IMG/VR virus record: IMGVR_UViG_3300030099_004448
Span: 1 to 64,000 of that record
Length of the DNA stretch: 64,000 nt
Reading direction: 5' to 3' (one strand)
This document shows, piece by piece, positions 51,217 to 60,391 of the stretch. The translations under genes were made by a program, and so were the position numbers. Under the pieces are notes generated by a model that did no database searches, had not been told where the DNA came from, and saw only the letters and a program-made list of their open reading frames with translations. Position 1 is the stretch's first letter; the number at the start of each line of letters is the position of its first letter.

Positions 51217-53430
51217 ATGACCAAAGCTAAATCTTGTCCCCCAGGGAAGTACTGGTGTTATACTGATAAAAAATGTAAAAAAATTCCCATGGGATTTTAT
51301 GTGGGTCGTGGCGGTTATTTGTCAAGAGAAGATGAGAATGGTGAAGATGGTAAAAAGAACGGTAAGAAAAATGGTGGTGTTTCTAACGGCAATGGTAATG
51401 GGAATGGTGGTAATGGGAATGGGGGTGGTTCTTCTGGATCCAACGGGGGCAACGGCGGAGGAGGAATGAGTGAGGAATCAAATCCTCGTATTCCAAGAAA
51501 GAAGGGACAACCTGCGAATTCTAAGAAACACTCGGATTTATATACAGACGAAAATCCCAAGGGTACAATTCATGGACTTGGATTCAAAGATGTTGAAACT
51601 GCTAAAGCATCTGTATCTAAAATTCGCAATTCATCAAGATCTCATGCTCACAAAATCCAGGCAGCAGTTGCTATGGAACAGAGAGCAAGAGAAATGGGCA
51701 AAACTTCGGAAGCAGCAGTCTATCGAAAGTATATCAATTCCATGAAAAAGAAGACTAAAAAAATGAACGAAGAAATCATCACTGAAAAACGTGATGGTAA
51801 ATCTGCCAAGGACAAGGGTTATTCTCTCCGCGACTGGTTCAAAGGTGGTGGTTGGAAACAAACTGGTGGTAAATATGATGGTAAACCCTGTGCGAAACAA
51901 CCAGGTCAAAAAACTAAACCATTTTGTCGTGATGCAGATGATCGTGCTGCAATGAGTAAAGACGAAAGAAATAGAAGAGCCGCTAAAAAGCGCAGAGAAG
52001 ACCCAAATCCCGATAGAAAAGGAAAGGCAAAAATGGTAACCGATTCATACGATTTTTCAAACTGGAGAGACGAGTTCAAAGCACTCGAATTTGAAACTGT
52101 TGATATTATTGGCACAGAACCACTGAAACCAACTGAAGGTCTCGGAAGTGAGATGATTGAGGCAAAGGATAATTGCGGTTGTGGGAAAAATCCTTGCGAA
52201 ACCTATGGTGAGGGTGAACAAATTCCTAAAAATGTAAAGAAAATTGCTAAAGAATTAGACAAGGCAGTTGCCATGCATAAGGATCAAGCAAAAAGATTAA
52301 GAGCAGCAGGTATTTCTGAAGAAAATATTGATGAAAAATGTTGGAAAGGTTATGAAAAGAAAGGTATGAAGACCATGTTTGGTAAGAGATATCCAAACTG
52401 TGTCAAGAAAGAAGAAACAGAAGTCACAAAAGAGGGTGTCCTTGATGCCGCTCTGGAGACTGATAAGAAAATGGGTGAACTTCATAAGAAAGTTGACAAT
52501 GATGTCAAACGAATGAAGAAGGGTAAGAAGTTCAAAGAAGAATTAGAAGGCAACTTGAAAGAGATGTCTTCAGAAAAAGATATTAATAAAAAACTTCAGA
52601 AGAAGGTAAACTCTAAAGATCTAAATCCTTCAGAATATATTAAAAATACAAGACTGATGCCTGGTTCTGGTATTATTAAAAAATTACCAGAAGGAAATGC
52701 TGGACCAAGTACTCCCGTAAAACAATATGATGGTAAGTTTATGCCTAACCCAGGTGCTGGTAGACCTGGTAAGGTTAGGCTAAAACCAGGAACTCCTGCA
52801 GCATTAAGACTTGCTCATAAAGAGTATTCTGATTGGAGAACTGAACTCTTTGAAGGCGATGGTGATCATGAATACGAAATGGCCCGTCGTCAATTAGCAA
52901 CCATTAAAAATGCAGTTTCTCGTCTTGAGAAAAAGATGGGTGAAACTGGAGAGGGTGAACTCAAAGCATGGGTTCAGTCAAAGTTAACAAGATCTGCAGA
53001 TGACATCGATACAGTTGCAGATTATATGACTAACGAGGAGAATATCCAGGAAGGGGAAAAAGACGCTTGTTACCACAAAGTCAAGTCTCGTTATTCCGTA
53101 TGGCCTTCTGCATACGCATCTGGTGCATTAGTCAAGTGTCGTAAAGTCGGTGCAAAAAATTGGGGCAATAAGACTAAGAAAGAAGAAATTCAGTATATGA
53201 ACACTGAAGACTATCAAAGGATACAGGAATATGGTAACGTTTACACTATAATAGTGTTATGGAGAGGTAAGTCCCATCGCTTGCAACTTTTCTTCCAGGG
53301 TACGGCAAGACCTTCCCGAGATGAAGTTAAGAACGAAGTAGAAAAGATTTACCCAGGTGGAATGGTGAGTTACTACTTCCCCAGCGCCACCGATCCAGGT
53401 AAACCAATTATTGTTTCTACAAGGAGTTGA
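51217..53430 (+). CDS. Modular hypothetical protein (737 aa), possible head-internal polyprotein
   Basis: String of short modules (CPPGKYWC, HSDLYTDENPKG, LRDWFKGGGW, KCWKGY...YPNCVK, DHEYEMAR.QL, ACYHKVKSRY.VWPSAYASGALVKCRK) separated by K/E-rich linkers; late promoter upstream. Confidence 0.8.
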   Translation: MTKAKSCPPGKYWCYTDKKCKKIPMGFYVGRGGYLSREDENGEDGKKNGKKNGGVSNGNGNGNGGNGNGGGSSGSNGGNGGGGMSEESNPRIPRKKGQPANSKKHSDLYTDENPKGTIHGLGFKDVETAKASVSKIRNSSRSHAHKIQAAVAMEQRAREMGKTSEAAVYRKYINSMKKKTKKMNEEIITEKRDGKSAKDKGYSLRDWFKGGGWKQTGGKYDGKPCAKQPGQKTKPFCRDADDRAAMSKDERNRRAAKKRREDPNPDRKGKAKMVTDSYDFSNWRDEFKALEFETVDIIGTEPLKPTEGLGSEMIEAKDNCGCGKNPCETYGEGEQIPKNVKKIAKELDKAVAMHKDQAKRLRAAGISEENIDEKCWKGYEKKGMKTMFGKRYPNCVKKEETEVTKEGVLDAALETDKKMGELHKKVDNDVKRMKKGKKFKEELEGNLKEMSSEKDINKKLQKKVNSKDLNPSEYIKNTRLMPGSGIIKKLPEGNAGPSTPVKQYDGKFMPNPGAGRPGKVRLKPGTPAALRLAHKEYSDWRTELFEGDGDHEYEMARRQLATIKNAVSRLEKKMGETGEGELKAWVQSKLTRSADDIDTVADYMTNEENIQEGEKDACYHKVKSRYSVWPSAYASGALVKCRKVGAKNWGNKTKKEEIQYMNTEDYQRIQEYGNVYTIIVLWRGKSHRLQLFFQGTARPSRDEVKNEVEKIYPGGMVSYYFPSATDPGKPIIVSTRS

Positions 53431-53432
53431 TC

Positions 53433-53600
53433 ATGCAAGACGACATCGAACTTTCAAACTTGACCAAAGCACTTGAGTACGAACGTCAATCTAGAGAGAT
53501 TGATAAGATGACTCTAACTGAAGCGAGAGAGTTCGCAAAGTCTTATTTAAAACTCTACTTTAAACAACAGGAAGTAATAGGTTCTATAGCAAACATGTGA
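53433..53600 (+). CDS. NblA-like small helical protein (55 aa); absent from ORF track
   Basis: Hand translation: MQDDIELSNLTKALEYERQSREIDKMTLTEAREFAKSYLKLYFKQQEVIGSIANM*. AAGGAG RBS at 53421-53426. Ungapped by-eye alignment to NblA. The ORF itself is well supported; the functional call is less certain. Confidence 0.6.
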   Translation: MQDDIELSNLTKALEYERQSREIDKMTLTEAREFAKSYLKLYFKQQEVIGSIANM

Positions 53601-53604
53601 TTTT

Positions 53605-55251
53605 ATGAGTGACGTATATCTTGGTAATCCTAATCTAAAAAAAGCGAATACACCAATTGAATTCACGGAAGAACAAATCCGTGAATTCATGAAGTGTAAA
53701 GAAGATCCTGTTTATTTCGCGAACAATTATATCAAGATTGTTTCACTAGACGAAGGTTTAACACAATTCCATCCATATCATTTCCAAGAGAAACTGATTA
53801 ATCGATTTCATGAGAATCGATTTAATATCTGTAAGATGCCACGACAGACAGGTAAGTCTACCACCGTGGTGTCTTATCTTTTACACTACGCAGTTTTCAA
53901 CGATAGTGTCAACATTGGTATTCTTGCAAACAAAGCGGCAACCGCAAGAGAACTTCTAGGAAGGTTACAAACTGCATACGAGAACTTACCTAAATGGATG
54001 CAACAGGGTATTATAGCCTGGAACAAAGGATCAATGGAGTTGGAAAATGGGAGTAAGATATTGGCAGCTTCTACGTCTGCGAGTGCTGTCCGAGGTATGT
54101 CATTCAACGTCCTCTTTCTCGACGAGTTCGCGTTCGTCCCAAATCACGTCGCTGATGACTTCTTTGCCTCTGTTTATCCTACTATTACTTCTGGTAAAAA
54201 CACCAAAGTAATCATTGTATCTACCCCGCACGGTATGAATCACTTCTACCGTATGTGGCATGATGCGGAAAAGAGTAAGAACGATTATATTCCAACTGAT
54301 GTTCACTGGTCTGAAGTCCCTGGTAGGGATTTGGAATGGAAAGAACAAACAATTAAGAACACATCTGAACAACAATTCAAAATCGAGTTTGAGTGCGAGT
54401 TCTTAGGATCTATTGATACTTTGATTACCGCAGCGAAATTAAAGTCTCTTGTTTATGATGATCCAATCAAAAGAAATGCAGGATTGGATATCTATGAAGA
54501 ACCAAAAGAAGATCACACATATGTTGTTACCGTTGACGTTGCAAGAGGTGTAGAAAAAGACTACTCTGCATTTTGTGTATGCGACACAACGTCATTTCCC
54601 TATAAGTTAGTTGCTAAGTATAGAAATAATACGATTAAACCAATTCTGTTTCCAAATATTATTAGAGATGTATCGAAGGCATACAATCAAGCATTTATAT
54701 TGGTAGAAGTTAATGACATTGGAGACCAAGTAGCATCGATCATTCACATGGACTTAGAGTATGACAACATACTCATGTGTTCCATGAGAGGTCGTGCGGG
54801 TCAAGTAGTTGGTCAAGGATTTTCTGGTAAGAAGACACAATTAGGTGTCAAGATGTCCAAAACCGTAAAGAAGATTGGATCTCTAAATCTAAAAGCGCTG
54901 ATTGAGGACGATAAGTTACTAGTATCTGATCTAGATGTAATTAGTGAGTTAACAACGTTTATCCAAAAATCAGGATCATTCGAGGCAGAAGAAGGTTGTA
55001 ATGATGATCTTGCAATGTGTCTTGTCATCTTTGCTTGGTTAGTTCAACAGGACTACTTTAAAGAAATGACGGACAACGATGTTCGTAAAAAAATATATGA
55101 AGACCAAAGAGATCAGATCGAAGCTGATATGGCACCATTTGGATTTATCAGTGATGGTTTAGATGACGAAGGAGTCATTATAGAAAATGATGGAACAATG
55201 TGGAAGACAGATGAATATGGTGACATGTCATATATGTGGGAATATCACTGA
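53605..55251 (+). CDS. gp17: Terminase large subunit gp17
   Basis: YLGNPNLK, Walker A PRQTGKS, Walker B VLFLDEFAF, STPHG.NHFY, nuclease VTVDVARG and DDLAM motifs. Confidence 0.98.
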   Translation: MSDVYLGNPNLKKANTPIEFTEEQIREFMKCKEDPVYFANNYIKIVSLDEGLTQFHPYHFQEKLINRFHENRFNICKMPRQTGKSTTVVSYLLHYAVFNDSVNIGILANKAATARELLGRLQTAYENLPKWMQQGIIAWNKGSMELENGSKILAASTSASAVRGMSFNVLFLDEFAFVPNHVADDFFASVYPTITSGKNTKVIIVSTPHGMNHFYRMWHDAEKSKNDYIPTDVHWSEVPGRDLEWKEQTIKNTSEQQFKIEFECEFLGSIDTLITAAKLKSLVYDDPIKRNAGLDIYEEPKEDHTYVVTVDVARGVEKDYSAFCVCDTTSFPYKLVAKYRNNTIKPILFPNIIRDVSKAYNQAFILVEVNDIGDQVASIIHMDLEYDNILMCSMRGRAGQVVGQGFSGKKTQLGVKMSKTVKKIGSLNLKALIEDDKLLVSDLDVISELTTFIQKSGSFEAEEGCNDDLAMCLVIFAWLVQQDYFKEMTDNDVRKKIYEDQRDQIEADMAPFGFISDGLDDEGVIIENDGTMWKTDEYGDMSYMWEYH

Positions 55252-55478
55252 TGACTTTTGAAGAGTCATTTGAATTAGAACACTTATTTCTAGAAGAAAG
55301 AAAGTGTAGATCTTGTGGTCAGATAAAAAATTTATTGAATGATTTTTACTTAACAAGAAAAGATCGAGGCACTTTACCATCTGCATATTCTTATGAATGT
55401 AAAGAATGTACGGTAAAAAGAATTAAAACATCACGATCTAAAAATAAACAAGTTTATTGGGAGTATCCTGATTGGTAG
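55251..55478 (+). CDS. Small zinc-ribbon protein (75 aa; CRSC...CKEC)
   Basis: ATG at 55251 overlaps the gp17 stop (TGATG). Two CxxC pairs and C-terminal YPDW. Confidence 0.8.
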   Translation: MTFEESFELEHLFLEERKCRSCGQIKNLLNDFYLTRKDRGTLPSAYSYECKECTVKRIKTSRSKNKQVYWEYPDW

Positions 55479-55519
55479 GGTGTTCATGTACTGTTTCCCC
55501 ATTTGAAGCATCCAAATTT

Positions 55520-55526
55520 CTAAATA
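55520..55526 (+). promoter_or_regulatory. T4-type late promoter (CTAAATA)
   Basis: Intergenic, upstream of gp18. Confidence 0.7.
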
Positions 55527-55563
55527 GTTTCAGTCATATGAATCTTCTTTAGAGGGGAAAGAC

Positions 55564-57996
55564 ATGTCGCTAAACTTAGTATCACCAGGCGTAAAAGTTA
55601 GAGAAGTTGATCTTACTGTAGGCAGAATTGATGCAGTAAACGATCAGGTGGGAGCAATTGCAGGTCCTTTTGCTAGAGGTCCAATCGGAGTACCTGTACT
55701 GGTGGAAACAGAACAAGACCTTCTCAATACCTTCGGTAAACCACAAGATACCGATGGTCAATATGAATATTGGATGAGTGCATCCTCTTACCTTTCTTAT
55801 GGTGGAACACTAAGAGTCATCAGAACAGATGACGATAATCTAGTCAACGCACACACTGGTGTTGCTGGTACTGTTCTTTCCCTAAAGATTAAGTCTCAAG
55901 AAGATTACGCTAATTCATATTCATCTGCTACAGAGTGGTATTACGCTTCAAGACAAGCTGGAACTTGGGCAAACAATCTTAAAGTTTGCACCATCGACGC
56001 AGCTGCTGACCAAAGAGTTTCTATTGGTACTTTTGGTCTATCTGTTGGGATGGGACTTACCTGTGGATTCTCAACAAATTATGCTGATCCATTCGATGGA
56101 ACTGTAAAGACATTTAATGGTTATACAAAAGGTATTATCACTAAGGTCAATAAAGGATCTGTTGATGTTAAGATGCTCAGCAGAACCGATAGTGCTACTG
56201 GAGTAACCAGTGCAATCGATTATGCAGAATCTGGACTTAATAGAATATTTGCTCAGGTAGAACAAGAAACTGGTACTTATTGGCAAGCGTTCAATAGTGT
56301 CGGTGCTGCAACTTCTCTAGAGAAGTTCAGAATTGAAAATGACGCTAGTGTAGGACTCGGTACAACTGTAATTACCACCAGTAATGCCGATATTCAAACT
56401 AGAATCAAGGAAAAGTCCGCAACTTTCCCAGGAGACCTAATTAGATCCCTGAACGGAACTTTCTCCGCAAGAGTTGTTGGATTCACAACTGGAGGAATTA
56501 TTGTTGATACTGCATCACCAGTTGCACTTGCAGCTACAACTTTAGTCGTTACTTACACTAGAGACGCCAACGAAGCTACTGATGACAACGGAGAAGGTTT
56601 ACTTCCAACCTCATCAGCAAACCAAGTAAATGACTGGTATGATCAACAAACTTTAGGATTGGATAATTCTACAGTTCATTGGAAGAACATTGCACCTAGA
56701 CCAGGTACTTCACAGTATGCTGATGTTAGAAGTGGCAAAAATGATGAGATGCACGTTGTCATTGTTGATGACAATGGATCTGTAAGTGGTGTTTCTGGAA
56801 ACATTCTTGAGAAGTTCACCAACCTTTCTAAGGCTACTGACGCAAGAATTACTCCAAGTGAGAATATCTACTATAAGAACTACATTGCGAACAATTCGAG
56901 TTATCTCTTTGCAGGTGCAGTAGATTCTCTGTCATCACCAGAATTCACAACTCTAGATGGATATGTCCTCGCTAGTGGTGCAGATATCACATGGGGTCAA
57001 GAAGCAAGTGGAGTCACCTTCGGTCTTCTTGGAAATAAGACATACACTCTTGACAATGGTGCAGATTATGGTGCAACCAATGGATTTGCTCCAACACTTG
57101 CGAACGTAATTTCTAGTTATACAGTTCTAGAAAATCCCGCAGAATATGACGTAAACTTCTTGATTCAAGGACCAAGTGGTGGTGATACTCTGTTTGAATC
57201 ACAAGCAAAAGCAAACAAACTAATTGCAATTGCAGAAGGTAGAAAGGATTGTGTTGCTTGCATCTCTCCACATAGAGCGGGAGTTGTTAACGTAACGAAC
57301 CCAACAAACCAAACAAATAATATTATTAACTTCTTTGATTCTGTTACGTCAAGTTCTTATGCTGTGTTTGACAGTGGTTATAAGTACATGTTTGACAGAT
57401 TCAACAATCAGTTCAGATATGTTCCATTGAATGCTGACGTTGCTGGTTTGATGGCAAGAACTTCCATCAATAATTATCCATGGTTCTCTCCAGCAGGTGC
57501 TCAGAGAGGTGTTATTAACAACGCAATTAAACTTGCATATAACCCAACTCAAGCACAAAGAGATCTTCTCTATCCTAAGAGAATTAACCCTGTTATCTTC
57601 TCACCTGGTTCTGGAATTATCCTATTCGGCGATAAGACTGGTCTTTCCTATGCATCTGCATTCGATAGAATCAACGTTCGCCGTCTCTTCCTCACTATCG
57701 AAGATACCATCCAGAGAGCAGCAAGAGATCAACTCTTTGAATTCAACGATGCGTTAACAAGATCTAATTTTGTTAACGTTGTTGAACCATACCTCCGCGA
57801 TGTCAAAGCGAAGAGAGGTATCACCGAGTTCCTCGTTGTTTGCGACGAGTCAAATAACACTCCAGATGTTATTGACGCAAATCAGTTTAGGGCTGACATT
57901 TTCGTTAAACCTGCAAGATCAATCAACTTCATTGGTCTCACCTTCGTTGCTAACCGAACTGGAATTAGCTTTGAAGAAGTTGTTGGATCCGTCTAA
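55564..57996 (+). CDS. gp18: Tail sheath protein gp18
   Basis: LVSPGVKVREVDLT, WFSPAG.QRG, GDKTG.S.ASAFDRINVRRLFL and KPARSINFI.L.FVA.RTG.SFEE. Confidence 0.98.
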   Translation: MSLNLVSPGVKVREVDLTVGRIDAVNDQVGAIAGPFARGPIGVPVLVETEQDLLNTFGKPQDTDGQYEYWMSASSYLSYGGTLRVIRTDDDNLVNAHTGVAGTVLSLKIKSQEDYANSYSSATEWYYASRQAGTWANNLKVCTIDAAADQRVSIGTFGLSVGMGLTCGFSTNYADPFDGTVKTFNGYTKGIITKVNKGSVDVKMLSRTDSATGVTSAIDYAESGLNRIFAQVEQETGTYWQAFNSVGAATSLEKFRIENDASVGLGTTVITTSNADIQTRIKEKSATFPGDLIRSLNGTFSARVVGFTTGGIIVDTASPVALAATTLVVTYTRDANEATDDNGEGLLPTSSANQVNDWYDQQTLGLDNSTVHWKNIAPRPGTSQYADVRSGKNDEMHVVIVDDNGSVSGVSGNILEKFTNLSKATDARITPSENIYYKNYIANNSSYLFAGAVDSLSSPEFTTLDGYVLASGADITWGQEASGVTFGLLGNKTYTLDNGADYGATNGFAPTLANVISSYTVLENPAEYDVNFLIQGPSGGDTLFESQAKANKLIAIAEGRKDCVACISPHRAGVVNVTNPTNQTNNIINFFDSVTSSSYAVFDSGYKYMFDRFNNQFRYVPLNADVAGLMARTSINNYPWFSPAGAQRGVINNAIKLAYNPTQAQRDLLYPKRINPVIFSPGSGIILFGDKTGLSYASAFDRINVRRLFLTIEDTIQRAARDQLFEFNDALTRSNFVNVVEPYLRDVKAKRGITEFLVVCDESNNTPDVIDANQFRADIFVKPARSINFIGLTFVANRTGISFEEVVGSV

Positions 57997-58041
57997 TTAC
58001 ATTTTTCTTATCTTATAACCCTATTCTACAGGTAACGTTCA

Positions 58042-58662
58042 ATGGCCAATTCACCAAAATTTTCAGAAAGAACATTAGAAGATTTTAAATCAAGACTGAT
58101 TGGGGGCGGCGCTCGCCCTAATCTGTTTGAATGTGACATTATATTCCCTACTTTTGCAACTCCTGAGGGAGACAGTGCAGCAGGTGTAAATGAAATCACT
58201 AGATTCATGTGCAAGGCTGCACAACTTCCTGCATCCAATGTTGCAGAAATTCCAGTTCCTTTTAGAGGTAGAGTTCTGAAGGTCGCAGGAGATCGTAGTT
58301 TCGATCCATGGACTATTACTGTTGTCAACGATGTTGATTTCAGAATCAGAACTGCTTTTGAAAAGTGGATGAACGGAATCAACAAGCATGACGATAACTC
58401 TGGTCTTATTAATCCAGTTGATTATCAAAGACAGGCTCATGTTAAGCAACTCGGTAGAGCTTCTGGAACTGATTCAATTCCAGTTCTAAAACAGTATGAA
58501 TTCTACGGTGTTTTCCCAACAAACGTCAGTGAGATCGAAGTCTCTTATGATTCTTCAGATATCATTGAAGAGTTTACTGTAACTTTACAAGTTCAGTGGT
58601 GGGATGCACAGAATCCTAATGGTGATACTCAACTCGGAACAGAAGAGCCCGCAGCTACCTAA
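58042..58662 (+). CDS. gp19: Tail tube protein gp19
   Basis: GGARPNLFE, FMCKAAQLPAS....IPVPFRGR.LKVAGDR.FDPWT.TV.ND and IEEF.VT.Q.QWW. Confidence 0.97.
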   Translation: MANSPKFSERTLEDFKSRLIGGGARPNLFECDIIFPTFATPEGDSAAGVNEITRFMCKAAQLPASNVAEIPVPFRGRVLKVAGDRSFDPWTITVVNDVDFRIRTAFEKWMNGINKHDDNSGLINPVDYQRQAHVKQLGRASGTDSIPVLKQYEFYGVFPTNVSEIEVSYDSSDIIEEFTVTLQVQWWDAQNPNGDTQLGTEEPAAT

Positions 58663-58672
58663 TTGATATCAC

Positions 58673-58679
58673 ATAAATA
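58673..58679 (+). promoter_or_regulatory. T4-type late promoter (ATAAATA)
   Basis: Intergenic, upstream of gp20. Confidence 0.7.
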
Positions 58680-58708
58680 ATAGAACGAAGAGTTCTATTT
58701 GAGAATTA

Positions 58709-60361
58709 ATGCCTAAATTATTTGGTTTTAAATTCAAGGAAGACGACGGATCCAAAAAGTCCGTCGTCTCTCCTGTGCCGGAGAATCAAGAAGATTCTTC
58801 GGATTATTATGTTTCTAGCGGTTTTTATGGACAGTATGTTGACATAGAAGGCGTATATAAGTCAGAGTTTGATTTAATTAAAAGATATCGAGAAATGGCA
58901 TTACATCCTGAGGTGGATGGTGCTATTGAAGATGTAATAAACGAAGCGATCGTTTCCGATCAAAATGATTCTCCTGTTGAAATTGATCTGGAGAATGCTC
59001 CTTGTACGGATAAACTGAAAAGTTTAATCAGAGACGAATTCAAAAATATCAAATCTTTATTGCACTTTGATGATAGGTGTCATGAGATTCTAAGAAACTG
59101 GTATGTTGATGGACGTATTTACTATCATAAAGTAATTGATTTTAAAAAACCAGAACAAGGTATTCAGGAACTAAGATACATAGATCCACAAAAGATTCGT
59201 CATATTAGAAGAATTAAAAAGGATAAAAATAATCCACTCGGTCCAGCGATTGCAACTGTAAAAGGTGCTGGTGAAGTTTCTGCTCCACAAATTGAAGAGT
59301 ATTACGAATATGATCCTAATGGTCGTATGGGTAAACAAGCAGGATCATTTAAAACTGGTGCAGGTGCAGTAACTAGAATCTCGAAAGATGCAATCACCTA
59401 TGTCCACTCTGGTCTGGTAGATAGAAATAAAAATACAGTTCTTTCATATCTCCACAAAGCAATCAAGGCACTCAATCAACTTAGAATGATTGAAGACTCT
59501 TTGGTTATCTACAGACTATCAAGAGCACCAGAACGTAGAATTTTTTACATTGATGTTGGTAATCTACCAAAGATCAAAGCAGAACAATATCTGCGTGAAG
59601 TCATGAACCGTTATCGTAATAAGTTGGTTTATGATGCGAACACTGGAGAAGTTCGTGATGATCGCAAAATGATGAGTATGCTGGAAGATTTCTGGCTCCC
59701 TCGTCGCGAAGGTGGACGTGGAACCGAGATTACTACTTTACCTGGTGGACAAAATCTTGGCGAACTTGCAGATATTGAATACTTCCAAAAGAAACTATAC
59801 AGAGCACTAGGTGTTCCCGAGTCTAGACTTGCATCAGGAACTGGATTTAATCTTGGACGTTCTTCCGAAATTCTAAGAGACGAAATTAAGTTCACAAAGT
59901 TTGTCGGAAGAATGAGAAAGAGATTCTCACAAATTTTCCATGATATGTTGAGAACTCAATTACTCCTCAAGAACATTGTTTCTATGGAAGATTGGGATGC
60001 ATTATCAGAACACATTCAATATGATTACGTTTATGATAATCATTTCTCTGAACTAAAAGAGAATGAATTAATGAATGAAAGAGTTCAAACTGCAACTGCA
60101 CTCGAACCTTATATTGGTAGATATTATTCTGCAGATTATGTGAGAAGACATGTATTCAAACAGACTGATCAAGAAATCATAGAAATTGATGAGCAGATAA
60201 AAAAAGAAATTAAAGACGGAATCATTCCAGATCCAAGTCAATCAGTAGATCCAAGTACGGGACTACCACTAGACACTACTAATCTAGGGGCTGGTGGTGA
60301 TCCACAAGATCCAGAGGTTGACGGATCTGCCACAGAATTACCAGATGGTGGCGAGATATAA
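58709..60361 (+). CDS. gp20: Portal vertex protein gp20
   Basis: YREMALHPEVD.AI, WYVDGR, SYLHKAIK..NQLRMIEDSLVIYRLSRAPERRIFYIDVGNLPK and EDFWLPRREGGRGTEITTLPGGQNLG. Confidence 0.99.
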   Translation: MPKLFGFKFKEDDGSKKSVVSPVPENQEDSSDYYVSSGFYGQYVDIEGVYKSEFDLIKRYREMALHPEVDGAIEDVINEAIVSDQNDSPVEIDLENAPCTDKLKSLIRDEFKNIKSLLHFDDRCHEILRNWYVDGRIYYHKVIDFKKPEQGIQELRYIDPQKIRHIRRIKKDKNNPLGPAIATVKGAGEVSAPQIEEYYEYDPNGRMGKQAGSFKTGAGAVTRISKDAITYVHSGLVDRNKNTVLSYLHKAIKALNQLRMIEDSLVIYRLSRAPERRIFYIDVGNLPKIKAEQYLREVMNRYRNKLVYDANTGEVRDDRKMMSMLEDFWLPRREGGRGTEITTLPGGQNLGELADIEYFQKKLYRALGVPESRLASGTGFNLGRSSEILRDEIKFTKFVGRMRKRFSQIFHDMLRTQLLLKNIVSMEDWDALSEHIQYDYVYDNHFSELKENELMNERVQTATALEPYIGRYYSADYVRRHVFKQTDQEIIEIDEQIKKEIKDGIIPDPSQSVDPSTGLPLDTTNLGAGGDPQDPEVDGSATELPDGGEI

Positions 60362-60364
60362 ATA
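60357..60364 (+). promoter_or_regulatory. T4 late promoter (TATAAATA)
   Basis: Perfect consensus overlapping the gp20 stop. Confidence 0.8.
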
Positions 60365-60391
60365 ATTTGAGTTACTTATTATTTTAAGAAC

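Noticed and set aside
53605-60361. Possible introns or inteins in gp17, gp18 or gp20
   Set aside because: The frames are continuous, sizes are near family norms, and no intein splice motifs or homing-endonuclease domains are seen.
60360-60384. AAATAAT/ATTATTT inverted repeat after gp20
   Set aside because: An A/T-only 7-bp stem in AT-rich DNA is likely chance and unstable.
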